This document shows positions 30,845 to 41,354 of a DNA stretch of 64,000 nucleotides, one piece after another. This DNA is from Chloroflexota bacterium (GTDB lineage: Bacteria > Chloroflexota > Dehalococcoidia > Lucifugimonadales > Lucifugimonadaceae). A program made the translations under genes and the position numbers. How positions within the stretch are numbered: the stretch's first letter is position 1; every line of letters starts with the position of its first letter. The DNA lies in assembly GCA_002719295.1 (NCBI GenBank), contig PBHC01000005.1, positions 64,001 to 128,000 on the forward strand, in the 5' to 3' direction. The notes beneath the pieces were generated by a model that had not been told where the DNA came from, ran no database searches, and saw only the letters and a program-made list of their open reading frames with translations.

Positions 30845-31327
30845 ATGATTAGACATTTTACTTCTACTGTTTTTGTAGTATTTGAAAATAAAATAGCTTT
30901 GCATTGGCATGAAAAGGTCAACATGTGGTTACCTCCAGGTGGACATGTTGACAATAATGAAGATCCCATTCAAACAGCAATTCGTGAGTGTAAAGAAGAA
31001 ATGGGAATTGATATATCTATATTTTCTGATAGCTCTTATAAATTTACTGATGATAATTTGAAAAATATTTATCCACCAGAAACGATACTTATAGAAAACG
31101 TAAATGATAATAAAACAGGACCACATCAGCATATCGATTTTATTTATTTTGGTTATCCTAACTATTCTAAGTTCGATTTAAATTCTGAATGGATTTGGGT
31201 AAATAAAAAAGATTTAATTAATGAAGTTGAATTTAAGAATCCATACTCGAAATATTTTCCACCACCTAATGATGTTAAAATTTTAGGTATTGAGGCGTTA
31301 CTTAAATTAAAAAATCTGAACAAATAG
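30845..31327 (+). CDS. NUDIX hydrolase
   Basis: Nudix box GGHVDNNEDPIQTAIRECKEEMG; RHFT N-terminus, HQHIDFIY. Confidence 0.92.
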   Translation: MIRHFTSTVFVVFENKIALHWHEKVNMWLPPGGHVDNNEDPIQTAIRECKEEMGIDISIFSDSSYKFTDDNLKNIYPPETILIENVNDNKTGPHQHIDFIYFGYPNYSKFDLNSEWIWVNKKDLINEVEFKNPYSKYFPPPNDVKILGIEALLKLKNLNK

Positions 31328-31349
31328 TTATTACTTGCTCAGATTTTTT
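31309..31349. terminator. Possible bidirectional terminator hairpin between convergent NUDIX and garR-like genes
   Basis: AAAAAATCTGA-a-CAA...TTG-c-TCAGATTTTTT, with A and T tracts at the ends. Confidence 0.5.
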
Positions 31350-31360
31350 AATTTATTGTT

Positions 31361-32254
31361 CTAGTGTTTTTTTATTTCAACATCAGCTAATTCTTCAACA
31401 TGTTTTGCTATAGCTGAGTGATCGCTTTTTCCTTCACCTTTTGTTACCAAACTTGTTAGAACTTGTTGTAAGTTTGCAGTAACTTGCAATGGTATATTTA
31501 AATCTCGTGCAGCTTCCATTGCATTATTAATGTCTTTATAGTGTAATTCAATTCTGAAACCAGGTTCAAAATTCCTGTCTACCATCATAGGAGCTTTTGC
31601 ATTTATAACGTTTGATCCTGCTAAGCCTCCCTGAATAGCTTTATAAACTGTTTCAGGGTTAACTCCAGCTTTTGCAGCAAGTGCTAATGCTTCTGCTAGT
31701 GCATGAATATTTGCACCAACGCATATTTGGTTAGCCAATTTTGTTATTTGGCCAGCACCGTGTTCTCCACATAGTATTGCTGATTTTCCTAATATGTCAA
31801 ATAATGGTTTAGCCTGCTCAAAATCATCAGCAGCTCCTCCTACCATTATTGCTAAATCACCAGATATCGCAAAAGGTTCTCCCCCAGAAACAGGTGCATC
31901 TAAAAAGTTGATACCTTTTTCTGAACAGCCTTTTCCAATTCTTTGTGAAACACCAGGAGCAATAGAGCTCATATCAACAACTAAATGTCCTTTAGATGCT
32001 CCATCTGCAACGCCACCCTCTCCTAAAATTGCTGACTCTGCTTGAGGTCCATCTTGAACCATAGTTACTGTTATGTTTGCATTTGAAGATGCTTCAGCTG
32101 CAGACTTACATCCAGTTGCACCTTCTTTCTCTAATTCAGAAACAGGGTCTGGAAATAAGTCGTAAACGTAAAGTTCATATCCTGCTTCCATAAGGTTTTT
32201 TGCCATAGGTTTTCCCATGATTCCTAAACCTACAAATGCTATTTTTTCTGCCAT
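31361..32254 (-). CDS. garR: 2-hydroxy-3-oxopropionate (tartronate semialdehyde) reductase / beta-hydroxyacid dehydrogenase
   Basis: FVGLGIMGKPMAKNL, DAPVSGGE, KLANQ, FEPGFRIELHYKD. Alternative start 32269. Confidence 0.85.
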   Translation of the reverse strand: MAEKIAFVGLGIMGKPMAKNLMEAGYELYVYDLFPDPVSELEKEGATGCKSAAEASSNANITVTMVQDGPQAESAILGEGGVADGASKGHLVVDMSSIAPGVSQRIGKGCSEKGINFLDAPVSGGEPFAISGDLAIMVGGAADDFEQAKPLFDILGKSAILCGEHGAGQITKLANQICVGANIHALAEALALAAKAGVNPETVYKAIQGGLAGSNVINAKAPMMVDRNFEPGFRIELHYKDINNAMEAARDLNIPLQVTANLQQVLTSLVTKGEGKSDHSAIAKHVEELADVEIKKH

Positions 32255-32313
32255 AATTTTTCCCTTCAAAATTTTTGTAAATATAATTTTCTATATTATA
32301 AGAATTAACAAAT

Positions 32314-33048
32314 TTAATCTTTCCAAAATCTTTCTTCTAAGAATGTGTACTCTGTATCTTCTAATCTTTCGTTAACATCTTCAATCATTCCTGGATGTCC
32401 ACATGCGTAAACTATAGTATCTTTTGGATTTAATCCCCAAGCCTTTAGTCTATCCTCAAGAATATTGTTAACTCTTCCTTCAAAACCATTCCAGTTATTA
32501 TTTCTATCCTCACCAGGACGGCTAATTGAAGTTTCAAATACCACGTTTTCATTTTTTGCAAACTCGTTTAGCTCTTCATCATATCCGAACTCATCTAAAT
32601 AAGAAGCTCCTTCTAAAACAAAGAAGTTACAATTTGAAAATTCTTCTTCAGTTAGGTGTTTTCTAAGCATACTTACATAAGGAGCTATTCCAGTAACTGT
32701 ACCAACCATTACATGATTCTTGAATCCTGGTTTAATTACAAAGATTCCTTTTGCTCTTAGTCTCATGGTTACAGATTCACCTACTTTAAGGTCATTTAAT
32801 AGTGGAGTTAGATTACCATCAGGTGGCGGTACTAGTTCAATAAAAAGCTCTATTTGATCTTCATCAGGAGATGATGCTATTGAATATGCTCTTTCTATTC
32901 CACCTGATCCAATAGTACAATATTGACCAGGTTTGTAATCAAATTTATTCTCTGGTTTGAGCCACATTTTCCATAAATCTTCTGTTAGTTGTTCTTTTTT
33001 CGTTATTTTGGCCCACTGAAATTTACCTTTTACAACATCTAGAGTCAT
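32314..33048 (-). CDS. fpr: Ferredoxin--NADP+ reductase (bacterial Fpr type)
   Basis: PGQY, RAYSIAS, TGIAPY, YACGHPGMI, ERFW. Confidence 0.85.
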   Translation of the reverse strand: MTLDVVKGKFQWAKITKKEQLTEDLWKMWLKPENKFDYKPGQYCTIGSGGIERAYSIASSPDEDQIELFIELVPPPDGNLTPLLNDLKVGESVTMRLRAKGIFVIKPGFKNHVMVGTVTGIAPYVSMLRKHLTEEEFSNCNFFVLEGASYLDEFGYDEELNEFAKNENVVFETSISRPGEDRNNNWNGFEGRVNNILEDRLKAWGLNPKDTIVYACGHPGMIEDVNERLEDTEYTFLEERFWKD

Positions 33049-33244
33049 TTAATTGACCTCCCAATTTTTATTTTTTAAACGTTAGTATTATAGACTTTTA
33101 ATTTCAGAATCAATAGGATTAAAGCACTTAAAATTTATCATCATAAAAGTAATTACTAAATTGTATTTTTTTACAAATTCAAAGAGATAATATAAATCAC
33201 TATTGAATAATAAATTATTATTGCTATCATTTATTTGATCTAAA

Positions 33245-33277
33245 TTCTTTAAGAAGGTTCAGAGAGGCCTCAAGGAT
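33245..33277 (+). promoter_or_regulatory. PyrR-binding RNA element
   Basis: TTCTTTAA-gaAGGTTCAGAGAGGCCT-cAAGGA matches the UUUAA...ARUCCNGNGAGGYU consensus with one mismatch; it lies just upstream of pyrR. Confidence 0.88.
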
Positions 33278-33283
33278 AAATAA

Positions 33284-33835
33284 TTGAAATCATTTGAAAA
33301 TTATAAAACGCTCTTAGATGAAGATGATATCAGACGAGCAGTAGCACGTTTGTCACACGAAATTATAGAGTCAAATCAGGGCACGAATAACCTAATTTTA
33401 ATTGGTATAGAAACAAGAGGGCATCATATAGCATCAAGAATTGTTAATATGATTAATACTTTTGAAAATGCTACCCTTAATTGTTACTCAATTAATCCTC
33501 AGTTTTTTAGAGATGATATCAAAAACAAAAATCAGAAACCTAAAATAGATTTAAGAGTTGATGTTCATGAGAAAAATCTAATATTGATTGATGATGTTTT
33601 ATATACTGGCAGAACTATAAGAGCAACATTAGAAGCAATTTTTAAGCTTGGAAGACCTAATAGTATAAAACTTGCAGCCCTTGTAGACAGAGGTCATAGA
33701 GAAATTCCTATAAGACCAGATTTTATTGGTAAAAGTATTCCAACTGCAAATTCTGAACACGTAAAAGTTTTTATGAAAGAAGAAGATGGTATAGATAAAG
33801 TAGGTTTATCAAAGGAGCAAATCGCCAATATATGA
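33284..33835 (+). CDS. pyrR: Pyrimidine operon regulator / uracil PRTase PyrR
   Basis: RLSHEIIE, IDDVLYTGRTIRA, LVDRGHREIPIRPDFIGK. Confidence 0.97.
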   Translation: MKSFENYKTLLDEDDIRRAVARLSHEIIESNQGTNNLILIGIETRGHHIASRIVNMINTFENATLNCYSINPQFFRDDIKNKNQKPKIDLRVDVHEKNLILIDDVLYTGRTIRATLEAIFKLGRPNSIKLAALVDRGHREIPIRPDFIGKSIPTANSEHVKVFMKEEDGIDKVGLSKEQIANI

Positions 33836-34767
33836 ACTACCTAGCAAAACATTTATTAGACATAGATCATCTTTCAAAAGATTATATCTATGATTTACTT
33901 ATAGGTGCAAAGAATATCAAAAATAACAAAAACAATTCTGACTTTAACTTTAAAGGTAAAGATGTCTGTGCACTATTTTATGAGGATTCTACAAGAACAA
34001 AACTAAGTTTTCAAAAAGCAGCTAGTAATCTTAATCTAAATTTTCATAATCTTGATGTTCAAAAGTCCAGTTTAAATAAAGGAGAGTCTTTTTATAACAC
34101 AATAAAAACAATTAATAGTATTGGTATGGATTTAATTATCATTAGGCATTTTTCATCTGGAGCTGCTTACTTTTTAGCAAAAAATACAAATTCGTCAGTT
34201 ATAAATGCTGGAGATGGCTCACATGCCCATCCTACTCAAGCACTTTCTGATTTATTAACTATTTATGAATTAGAGAACAACTTTGAAGATTTAGAAATTT
34301 CAATTATTGGAGATGTTTTATACAGTCGTGTTGCTAGGTCAAATGTTTTAGGTTTGCTTAAAATGGGGGCAAAAATAAATATTCTTGGACCAAAAGAATT
34401 AACTCCTAAGGTCATTATAGAAATATATGAATCGATTGATAAATCCTACAATAATAAAATTAAATTTTATGAAGATTTTGAAAAACCAATATTAAATTCA
34501 AATTTTATTATGGCTTTACGTATTCAAAAAGAAAGATTTGATTCTGAAAATTTTATGAATTTTCATGCATATAAATGGAAAATTGATACTGAAAAATTAG
34601 AATCTTTTAAAAATAATGTTTTTGTAATGCACCCAGGGCCAGTAAATGAAGAAATTGAATTGTCACACGAAATTGTACACTCTGAACGTTCTCTAATATC
34701 TAAACAAGTAGAAAATGGAGTCCACATAAGACAAAAAGTTATAGAGGAGTTGTTAGAAAATGAATAA
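33832..34767 (+). CDS. pyrB: Aspartate carbamoyltransferase catalytic subunit
   Basis: FYEDSTRT, INAGDG, HPTQAL, MHPGP. Confidence 0.97.
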   Translation: MNYLAKHLLDIDHLSKDYIYDLLIGAKNIKNNKNNSDFNFKGKDVCALFYEDSTRTKLSFQKAASNLNLNFHNLDVQKSSLNKGESFYNTIKTINSIGMDLIIIRHFSSGAAYFLAKNTNSSVINAGDGSHAHPTQALSDLLTIYELENNFEDLEISIIGDVLYSRVARSNVLGLLKMGAKINILGPKELTPKVIIEIYESIDKSYNNKIKFYEDFEKPILNSNFIMALRIQKERFDSENFMNFHAYKWKIDTEKLESFKNNVFVMHPGPVNEEIELSHEIVHSERSLISKQVENGVHIRQKVIEELLENE

Positions 34768-36091
34768 ACTTTTATTAAAAAATTTTACTATCATTGATCC
34801 TTCTGAAAATTTTAAAAATGTAAAAGATTTATTAATTGTTGAAGGGAAAATTAAAGAGATCTCTGAATCAATTGATTTATCTGATATCAAAATTATTGAA
34901 GGAAATAACAATTATCTCATCCCTGGTCTTATAGATTTACATGTGCATTATAGAGATCCAGGGGAGACTTATAAGGAAGATATAAAAACAGGTTCATATG
35001 CATCTGCCAAAGGTGGATTTACTACTGTAGTTATGATGTCAAACACAAACCCAACAATTGACAATTTAAATTCTTTGATAGAACAAAAAAAACTAATTGA
35101 TCAATATTCTAAAATAAGAGTTCTTCAAACATCCTCGGTAACAGTTGGTAGAAAAGGAAAAGAGATAGTTGATATGGATCTTCTTTCTCAAAACGGTGTT
35201 GTTTCCTTTAGTGACGACGGAGATGTTATATCAGACCCAAATATTCTAAATCAAGCTTTGAAGCTTGCTAATAAAAATAATAGAACCATTTTTGAACATT
35301 GCGAAGACCATGAACTAATCAATGATGGGATTATAAACGATGGAAGTGTTTCAGTTAGATTAGGAATTAAGCCTAGGTCAAAAGAAGCTGAAATAAGTAG
35401 TGTTAAAAGAGATATTGAAATTGCTAAAGAAAATGATTTATGGATTTATTTACAGCATATTTCATGTAAAGAGAGTATTGAACTAATTAGAATAGCTAAA
35501 AATGAAGGAGTAAAAGTCACAGCAGAAGTAACACCACATCATCTGTTTATGAATGAATTTTGGACTTATGGAAAAAAAGGAGACGTGCCTTCTTGGATTG
35601 ACTTAAAATCCTATGACACAAATACAAGAGTCAATCCTCCACTTAGATCTGAACTAGATAGAAAAAGTTTACTTGATGCCATTATGGATGAAACCATCGA
35701 TATCATTGCAACAGACCATGCACCTCATAGTAAGGGGGATAAGTTAGATACTTTTGATAATGCCCCAGCAGGAATAAATGGCGCCGAAACAGCTCTAATT
35801 ACTTTAATGGAATTAGTTGATAGAAAAGAAATAAGTTTTGAAAAGATAGTACAAACTATGTGTAATAAACCTGGAGAAATACTAGATAATATTTTGAACT
35901 TAAAAATAGGAAAAATAAAGAAAAATTACTTAGCAGATCTAGTAATTATAGATAATAATTCCATTACAAAAATTGATGAAGACTTTTTTGTTTCTAAAAG
36001 TAAAAATTCTCCTTTATTAGGATCTGAAATGAAAGGAAAAATAAGAATGACTATTTTTGATGGAAATGTGATATATGAGGACCAGAAATGA
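34760..36091 (+). CDS. pyrC: Dihydroorotase
   Basis: DLHVHYRDPG, EVTPHHL, VNPPLR, ATDHAPH. Confidence 0.96.
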   Translation: MNKLLLKNFTIIDPSENFKNVKDLLIVEGKIKEISESIDLSDIKIIEGNNNYLIPGLIDLHVHYRDPGETYKEDIKTGSYASAKGGFTTVVMMSNTNPTIDNLNSLIEQKKLIDQYSKIRVLQTSSVTVGRKGKEIVDMDLLSQNGVVSFSDDGDVISDPNILNQALKLANKNNRTIFEHCEDHELINDGIINDGSVSVRLGIKPRSKEAEISSVKRDIEIAKENDLWIYLQHISCKESIELIRIAKNEGVKVTAEVTPHHLFMNEFWTYGKKGDVPSWIDLKSYDTNTRVNPPLRSELDRKSLLDAIMDETIDIIATDHAPHSKGDKLDTFDNAPAGINGAETALITLMELVDRKEISFEKIVQTMCNKPGEILDNILNLKIGKIKKNYLADLVIIDNNSITKIDEDFFVSKSKNSPLLGSEMKGKIRMTIFDGNVIYEDQK

Positions 36092-37179
36092 AAAAAATAA
36101 ATTTAGTTTTACAAGATGGAAGTTTGTATGAAGGTTTTTCTTTTGGTCATCACGGTGATGTCACTGGAGAAGTAGTCTTCAATACATCTATGACAGGTTA
36201 TCAGGAAATGTTAACAGATCCCTCATACAGAGGGCAAATTTTAATTCCTACATATCCTATGATTGGAAATTATGGAGTAAGTTATTCTGATGTTGAATCT
36301 AATGAAATACAAGTTTCAGGATTTGCAGTTAGGCAATTTTGCGAAACTCCATCACATAATAATTCAATAATGAATATAGATGAATATTTGAAAAAAAATA
36401 AAATTCCAGGGATTTATGGATTAGATACAAGATCAATAGTAAAAAAAATCCGAAATTATGGAGTGATGATGGGTTCAATTACTTTAGATGAAAATGTAGA
36501 TTTAGTATTAAAAAAACTAAATTCTATTGGATCATATGATGAATATAATTTTGTTTCAGAAGTTTCCAGTATTAAAAAAACTATTAGAAAGTCAGATGAT
36601 AAAAAATTTAATATCGCTGTTTTAGATTTAGGTGTCAAAAATAATATTATAAGATTGTTGGAATCTAGATCTTGCAAAGTTACCGTATATCCATTTAATA
36701 CTGAACCAACCGAAATTATTAGTTCAAAACCTGACGGAATAGTTTTGTCTCCTGGTCCCGGAGATCCAAATAATTTAGTTGATATTTTAGAAAATGTTAA
36801 AAATTTAATTTCCTCTAAAATCCCTATTTTAGGAATTTGCTTGGGGCATCAATTAATAGCAAAGTCTTTAGGAGCCTCAACATATAAACTACCTTATGGA
36901 CATAGAGGGGGAAACCAACCTGTAAAGGATCTCAAATCTAATAAAGTATATGTTACTGCTCAAAATCATGGTTATGCAGTTTCAAATGAAAATATGCCAT
37001 CTGAACTTGAGGTTACTCACCTAAATTTGAATGATAATACTATTTCTGGTTTATGTCATAAAAATTTACCAGTTTTTTCTATTCAATATCATTCTGAAGC
37101 TTCCCCTGGTCCTAAAGATTCAGAATATATTTTTGATGAATTTATCCAAAAAATTATTTCAATGAAAGAGAGTCTATGA
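36088..37179 (+). CDS. carA: Carbamoyl-phosphate synthase small subunit
   Basis: VFNTSMTGYQE, SPGPGDP, GICLGHQ, QYHSEASPGP. Confidence 0.98.
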   Translation: MKKINLVLQDGSLYEGFSFGHHGDVTGEVVFNTSMTGYQEMLTDPSYRGQILIPTYPMIGNYGVSYSDVESNEIQVSGFAVRQFCETPSHNNSIMNIDEYLKKNKIPGIYGLDTRSIVKKIRNYGVMMGSITLDENVDLVLKKLNSIGSYDEYNFVSEVSSIKKTIRKSDDKKFNIAVLDLGVKNNIIRLLESRSCKVTVYPFNTEPTEIISSKPDGIVLSPGPGDPNNLVDILENVKNLISSKIPILGICLGHQLIAKSLGASTYKLPYGHRGGNQPVKDLKSNKVYVTAQNHGYAVSNENMPSELEVTHLNLNDNTISGLCHKNLPVFSIQYHSEASPGPKDSEYIFDEFIQKIISMKESL

Positions 37180-40100
37180 AAAATAAAACAGTATTAGTTG
37201 TAGGTTCAGGTCCAATAATAATTGGCCAAGCAGCAGAGTTTGATTATGCTGGGGCACAAGCATGTAAATCTTTGAGGGAGGATGGATATAGAGTCGTTTT
37301 AATAAACTCTAACCCTGCTACAATAATGACGGATAAAGAGATGGCTGACAGGGTATATATTGAGCCCATAACAACAGAAATTGTTGAACAAATTATTTTA
37401 AAAGAGAAACCTTTTGGAATTTTAGGAACTTTAGGCGGGCAAACTGGTCTGAATCTTACTTCTGAACTCCATAAAGAAGGCATACTTGAAAAATATGATG
37501 TTGAAATTTTAGGAACCAGTATTGACTCTATTGAAACTGCAGAGGATAGAGATAAATTTAGAGAATTTTTGATGAAAATAGATCAACCTACTCCTCCTTC
37601 AATTGCAGTTAACGACGTTCAAAATGCTAAAAATGCGGCAAAAAAAATTGGATATCCTGTAGTTATCAGACCTGCATATACACTTGGAGGTACAGGTGGC
37701 GGAATTGCAAAAAATGAAAATGAACTAGAGGAAATTTCTAGCCAAGGAATAAGTCTTTCTAGAGTTGGACAAGTATTAATAGAAAAATCACTTGTTGGAT
37801 GGAAAGAAGTTGAGTATGAGGTGATGCGAGATAATATTGGAAACGTTATTACTATTTGTAATATGGAAAATATTGATCCAATGGGAGTACATACAGGAGA
37901 TTCTATTGTAGTAGCTCCATCTCAAACCTTAAACGACAAAGAATATCAAATGCTCAGAACAGCTAGCCTAGATATAATATCAAATTTAGATATTAGAGGT
38001 GGATGTAATGTTCAACTAGCTTTGAAGCCTTCAAAAATTGTTAAAGATACTATAGGAAATGATTTTGAAACAGACCCAGATTACTATGTAATTGAAGTAA
38101 ACCCTAGAGTATCTAGGTCGTCTGCTTTAGCTTCAAAAGCAACAGGATATCCAATAGCAAGAATTGCATCAAAAATAGCTCTTGGGAAAAATCTTGATGA
38201 AATCACAAACCCTGTTACAGGTAAAACATTTTCAGTATTTGAACCTGCTCTTGATTATTGTGTCGTAAAAATTCCTAGGTGGCCATTTGATAAATTTCCA
38301 GATGCAGACAGAAGCCTAGGTACGCAAATGAAAGCAACTGGTGAAGTAATGGGCATAGAAAGGACATTTGAAGCCGCTTTATTGAAATCTATAAGATCTT
38401 TGGAAAACAATAAGCCAGATTTATTAGTTGATCCGGATAACATCAATTCAGATAAACCTATGGATGATAGGCTTTGGGATATTGCTAAAAGAATAAGAAA
38501 TGGTTCAAATGCTCTAAATGAGACTAAGAGAACATATATTGACTTTTGGTTCACGAATGCTATCGAAAGAATTATAAATATTGAGAAAAAAATAATAGAC
38601 AGTGAACTTTCTAAAGATTTATTTTCACTGGCAAAAGATTTTGGATTTTCAGATAAATATATTGGAAAATTGAAAAATATTGAAGAGACTAAGATTAGAG
38701 AATTAAGAAAAAGTTTTGGTGTCATTCCCACTTATAAAATGGTAGATACTTGTGCTGCTGAATTTGAAGCATTGACGACATATTTTTATAGTACATATGA
38801 AAATGAGAATGAAGCTATACCTTTGGAAGGAAAAAAAGCAATAGTCTTAGGATCTGGGCCTATTCGTATTGGTCAAGGAATTGAATTTGATTATTGTTCG
38901 GTTCATGCATCGATAAGTTTACAGCAAAATGGAATTAAATCGATCCTTATAAACTCTAATCCAGAAACAGTTTCTACAGATTTTGACACATCTTCTAGGC
39001 TTTATTTTGAACCATTAGACTCTGAGAGCGTTATGGATATTATAGAAAATGAATCTATTGCTGGGGAATTGGTAGATTCGTTAGTTCAATTTGGAGGGCA
39101 AACTGCGATAAATATGTCTCAGGACCTTGGCAAATATAAATTTCCAATTAGAGGATCTTCAGCTGATGTAATAAATCTTGCTTCTGAAAGAGGAAGCTTT
39201 GAATCAATATGTAAAAAGTCAGGAGTTTTACAACCAGAAGGTGCAGCAACTATAGACTTAGATAAGGCTATAAGTATAGCTAATAAAGTAGGTTATCCCG
39301 TAATGGTTAGACCTTCTTATGTACTTGGTGGAAGAGCAATGGAAATAGTCTATAAAGAAAAAGACCTAATAAGATATTTTAAGAGAGCTCAGAATTTTGT
39401 GCCAGGTCAAACTATATTAGTAGATCATTATATAGATGGAATAGAAATAGAAGTTGATGCAATTTGTGATGAAGAAAATATATTGATTCCTGGAATTATG
39501 CAACATGTTGAAAGGGCAGGGATTCACTCTGGTGATAGCACTGCTGTATATCCTGCATATGATCTTTCAGAAACAGAGAAAAAAAATCTTGTAGAAGCTA
39601 CAAGGAAATTGGGTAAATCATTAGGAATTAAGGGTTTAATGAATATACAGTTTATAGTAAAAAGATCCAAGAAATCTTTTTTTGATTCATCAAATAAAAT
39701 TTCTCCTGAAGAATCAACATTGTATGTGATTGAGGTGAATCCTAGGTCTAGTAGAACAATTCCGTTTATTTCTAAAGTTACAGGCGTCCCAATGATAGAC
39801 CTAGCAATTAAAGTAATATACGGAGAAAAATTAGATAAATTAGGATTTTCTGAAGGATTAGTGAAGGAAAAAAATCTTTTTGCAGTAAAATCCCCTGTTT
39901 TTTCTATGTCTAAATTATCAGGAGTTGATACTTATTTAGGTCCAGAAATGAAATCTACTGGAGAAGTTATGGGAATTGATAATAATCTCCCAAACGCAAT
40001 GAAAAAAGCTATGATTGCATCAGGTCTAGAAGTTGATTCTAAAACAAGCTTTTTATTGTCTATAGCGGATAGGGATAAGAAAGATTCTGTAAATTTTATT

Positions 40101-40430
40101 AAAAAATTAAATAAAAACGGAAATAAGATTTATGCAACAGAAGGAACTTACAATTTCATAAAATCTATGGGATTTGATGTAGAAAAAGTAAATAAAATAT
40201 TGAGCCAATCACCTACAGTAATAGATTTGATTTCCAACGGAAAAGTTGGAGCTGTTCTAAACACTGTAACTGGAGATAGATCTGCAATGCAAGACGGATA
40301 TCATATTAGAAGAAAAGCAACTGAGCTTTCTATTCCTTGTTACACATCAATAGACACAGCATATGCCACAGTTATGGAAACACACAATAAAACTATGAAT
40401 GTAAGCACTGTAGATGATTATACTGATTAG
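37176..40430 (+). CDS. carB: Carbamoyl-phosphate synthase large subunit
   Basis: GSGPIIIGQAAEFDY, two ATP-grasp halves each with IEVNPR, C-terminal MGS domain. Confidence 0.98.
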   Translation: MKNKTVLVVGSGPIIIGQAAEFDYAGAQACKSLREDGYRVVLINSNPATIMTDKEMADRVYIEPITTEIVEQIILKEKPFGILGTLGGQTGLNLTSELHKEGILEKYDVEILGTSIDSIETAEDRDKFREFLMKIDQPTPPSIAVNDVQNAKNAAKKIGYPVVIRPAYTLGGTGGGIAKNENELEEISSQGISLSRVGQVLIEKSLVGWKEVEYEVMRDNIGNVITICNMENIDPMGVHTGDSIVVAPSQTLNDKEYQMLRTASLDIISNLDIRGGCNVQLALKPSKIVKDTIGNDFETDPDYYVIEVNPRVSRSSALASKATGYPIARIASKIALGKNLDEITNPVTGKTFSVFEPALDYCVVKIPRWPFDKFPDADRSLGTQMKATGEVMGIERTFEAALLKSIRSLENNKPDLLVDPDNINSDKPMDDRLWDIAKRIRNGSNALNETKRTYIDFWFTNAIERIINIEKKIIDSELSKDLFSLAKDFGFSDKYIGKLKNIEETKIRELRKSFGVIPTYKMVDTCAAEFEALTTYFYSTYENENEAIPLEGKKAIVLGSGPIRIGQGIEFDYCSVHASISLQQNGIKSILINSNPETVSTDFDTSSRLYFEPLDSESVMDIIENESIAGELVDSLVQFGGQTAINMSQDLGKYKFPIRGSSADVINLASERGSFESICKKSGVLQPEGAATIDLDKAISIANKVGYPVMVRPSYVLGGRAMEIVYKEKDLIRYFKRAQNFVPGQTILVDHYIDGIEIEVDAICDEENILIPGIMQHVERAGIHSGDSTAVYPAYDLSETEKKNLVEATRKLGKSLGIKGLMNIQFIVKRSKKSFFDSSNKISPEESTLYVIEVNPRSSRTIPFISKVTGVPMIDLAIKVIYGEKLDKLGFSEGLVKEKNLFAVKSPVFSMSKLSGVDTYLGPEMKSTGEVMGIDNNLPNAMKKAMIASGLEVDSKTSFLLSIADRDKKDSVNFIKKLNKNGNKIYATEGTYNFIKSMGFDVEKVNKILSQSPTVIDLISNGKVGAVLNTVTGDRSAMQDGYHIRRKATELSIPCYTSIDTAYATVMETHNKTMNVSTVDDYTD

Positions 40431-40434
40431 AAAG

Positions 40435-41259
40435 TTATGCTTTTACTGCTCTAACTGAAAGCCAATTTCTTGGGACAGTAACCAAACTCATTTCATCAAA
40501 TACTTCTCTTAGAGCTTTTTGAAGAGTAGACTTTCCTATTTCTAATGGAACTCCAGGAAGAACACCTTCAATCCAATCCTTGAATTCACTTATATAGTGA
40601 AATCCATCTATTGGGACCTGATATGACTTTGCTTTAATATGCTCAACTTTATAACCAGTATTTTCTAGCAAATCTTGGTAATCTTCAGGAGTTAGCTGCT
40701 CTCTTGAAGAAACCTTGGCTGATTTATCTGGCTTTAAGTCATGATCTTTTTTTAATAATCTGAATGATCTAAACATCCATTTTTTATAAAAATCTAAAGA
40801 TTCTTCAGGATGAGAACCGTCATAAAAAGAAGAATTAAACGCTAAAACTCCATTTTGGTTAAGTTTATTCCTTATTTCTGTCAAAAGTTTTTGTTTGTCA
40901 GGAACATAATGAATCGAATTACAATATATCATTGCATCTGCTTTTTCCTTAACTGCTTCTGTAAGGTTTTGAACTTCTGAGTGAATAAACTTTACAATAG
41001 AATTATTTTCTACTTCTTGAGCTGCTGTAACTAAAGCACTTTTTGAACTGTCTACAGCATAGATTACGGAATCTTTAGCTAATTGTAATTTTTTTAATAT
41101 AAGCTTTGTAATATTTCCTGTGCCACATCCAAGATCTACTATTGATTTTTTGTCATAAACATTTGCTAACTCTATAAATTCAGAGTTTATTGAACCGTAA
41201 AAAGGTAAATTTGCAAATGCATTGAATGCATATTGTTCACTTTCAGATTGATTAGCCAT
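40435..41259 (-). CDS. Class I SAM-dependent methyltransferase, substrate unknown
   Basis: VDLGCGTG, AVDSS, NSIHY. Confidence 0.88.
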   Translation of the reverse strand: MANQSESEQYAFNAFANLPFYGSINSEFIELANVYDKKSIVDLGCGTGNITKLILKKLQLAKDSVIYAVDSSKSALVTAAQEVENNSIVKFIHSEVQNLTEAVKEKADAMIYCNSIHYVPDKQKLLTEIRNKLNQNGVLAFNSSFYDGSHPEESLDFYKKWMFRSFRLLKKDHDLKPDKSAKVSSREQLTPEDYQDLLENTGYKVEHIKAKSYQVPIDGFHYISEFKDWIEGVLPGVPLEIGKSTLQKALREVFDEMSLVTVPRNWLSVRAVKA

Positions 41260-41354
41260 AATTCAAAATTTCTTTAAACTTGTTAGTATTTTGATATTTA
41301 ATAAATATTTTAACTTAGAATAACAGTATATCGAATAGATTTATATATATAAAA

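Noticed and set aside
33206..33222. AT palindrome AATAATAAATTATTATT as a Fur-like box
   Set aside because: Pure A/T, lacks the G/C positions of a Fur box; expected by chance at this composition.
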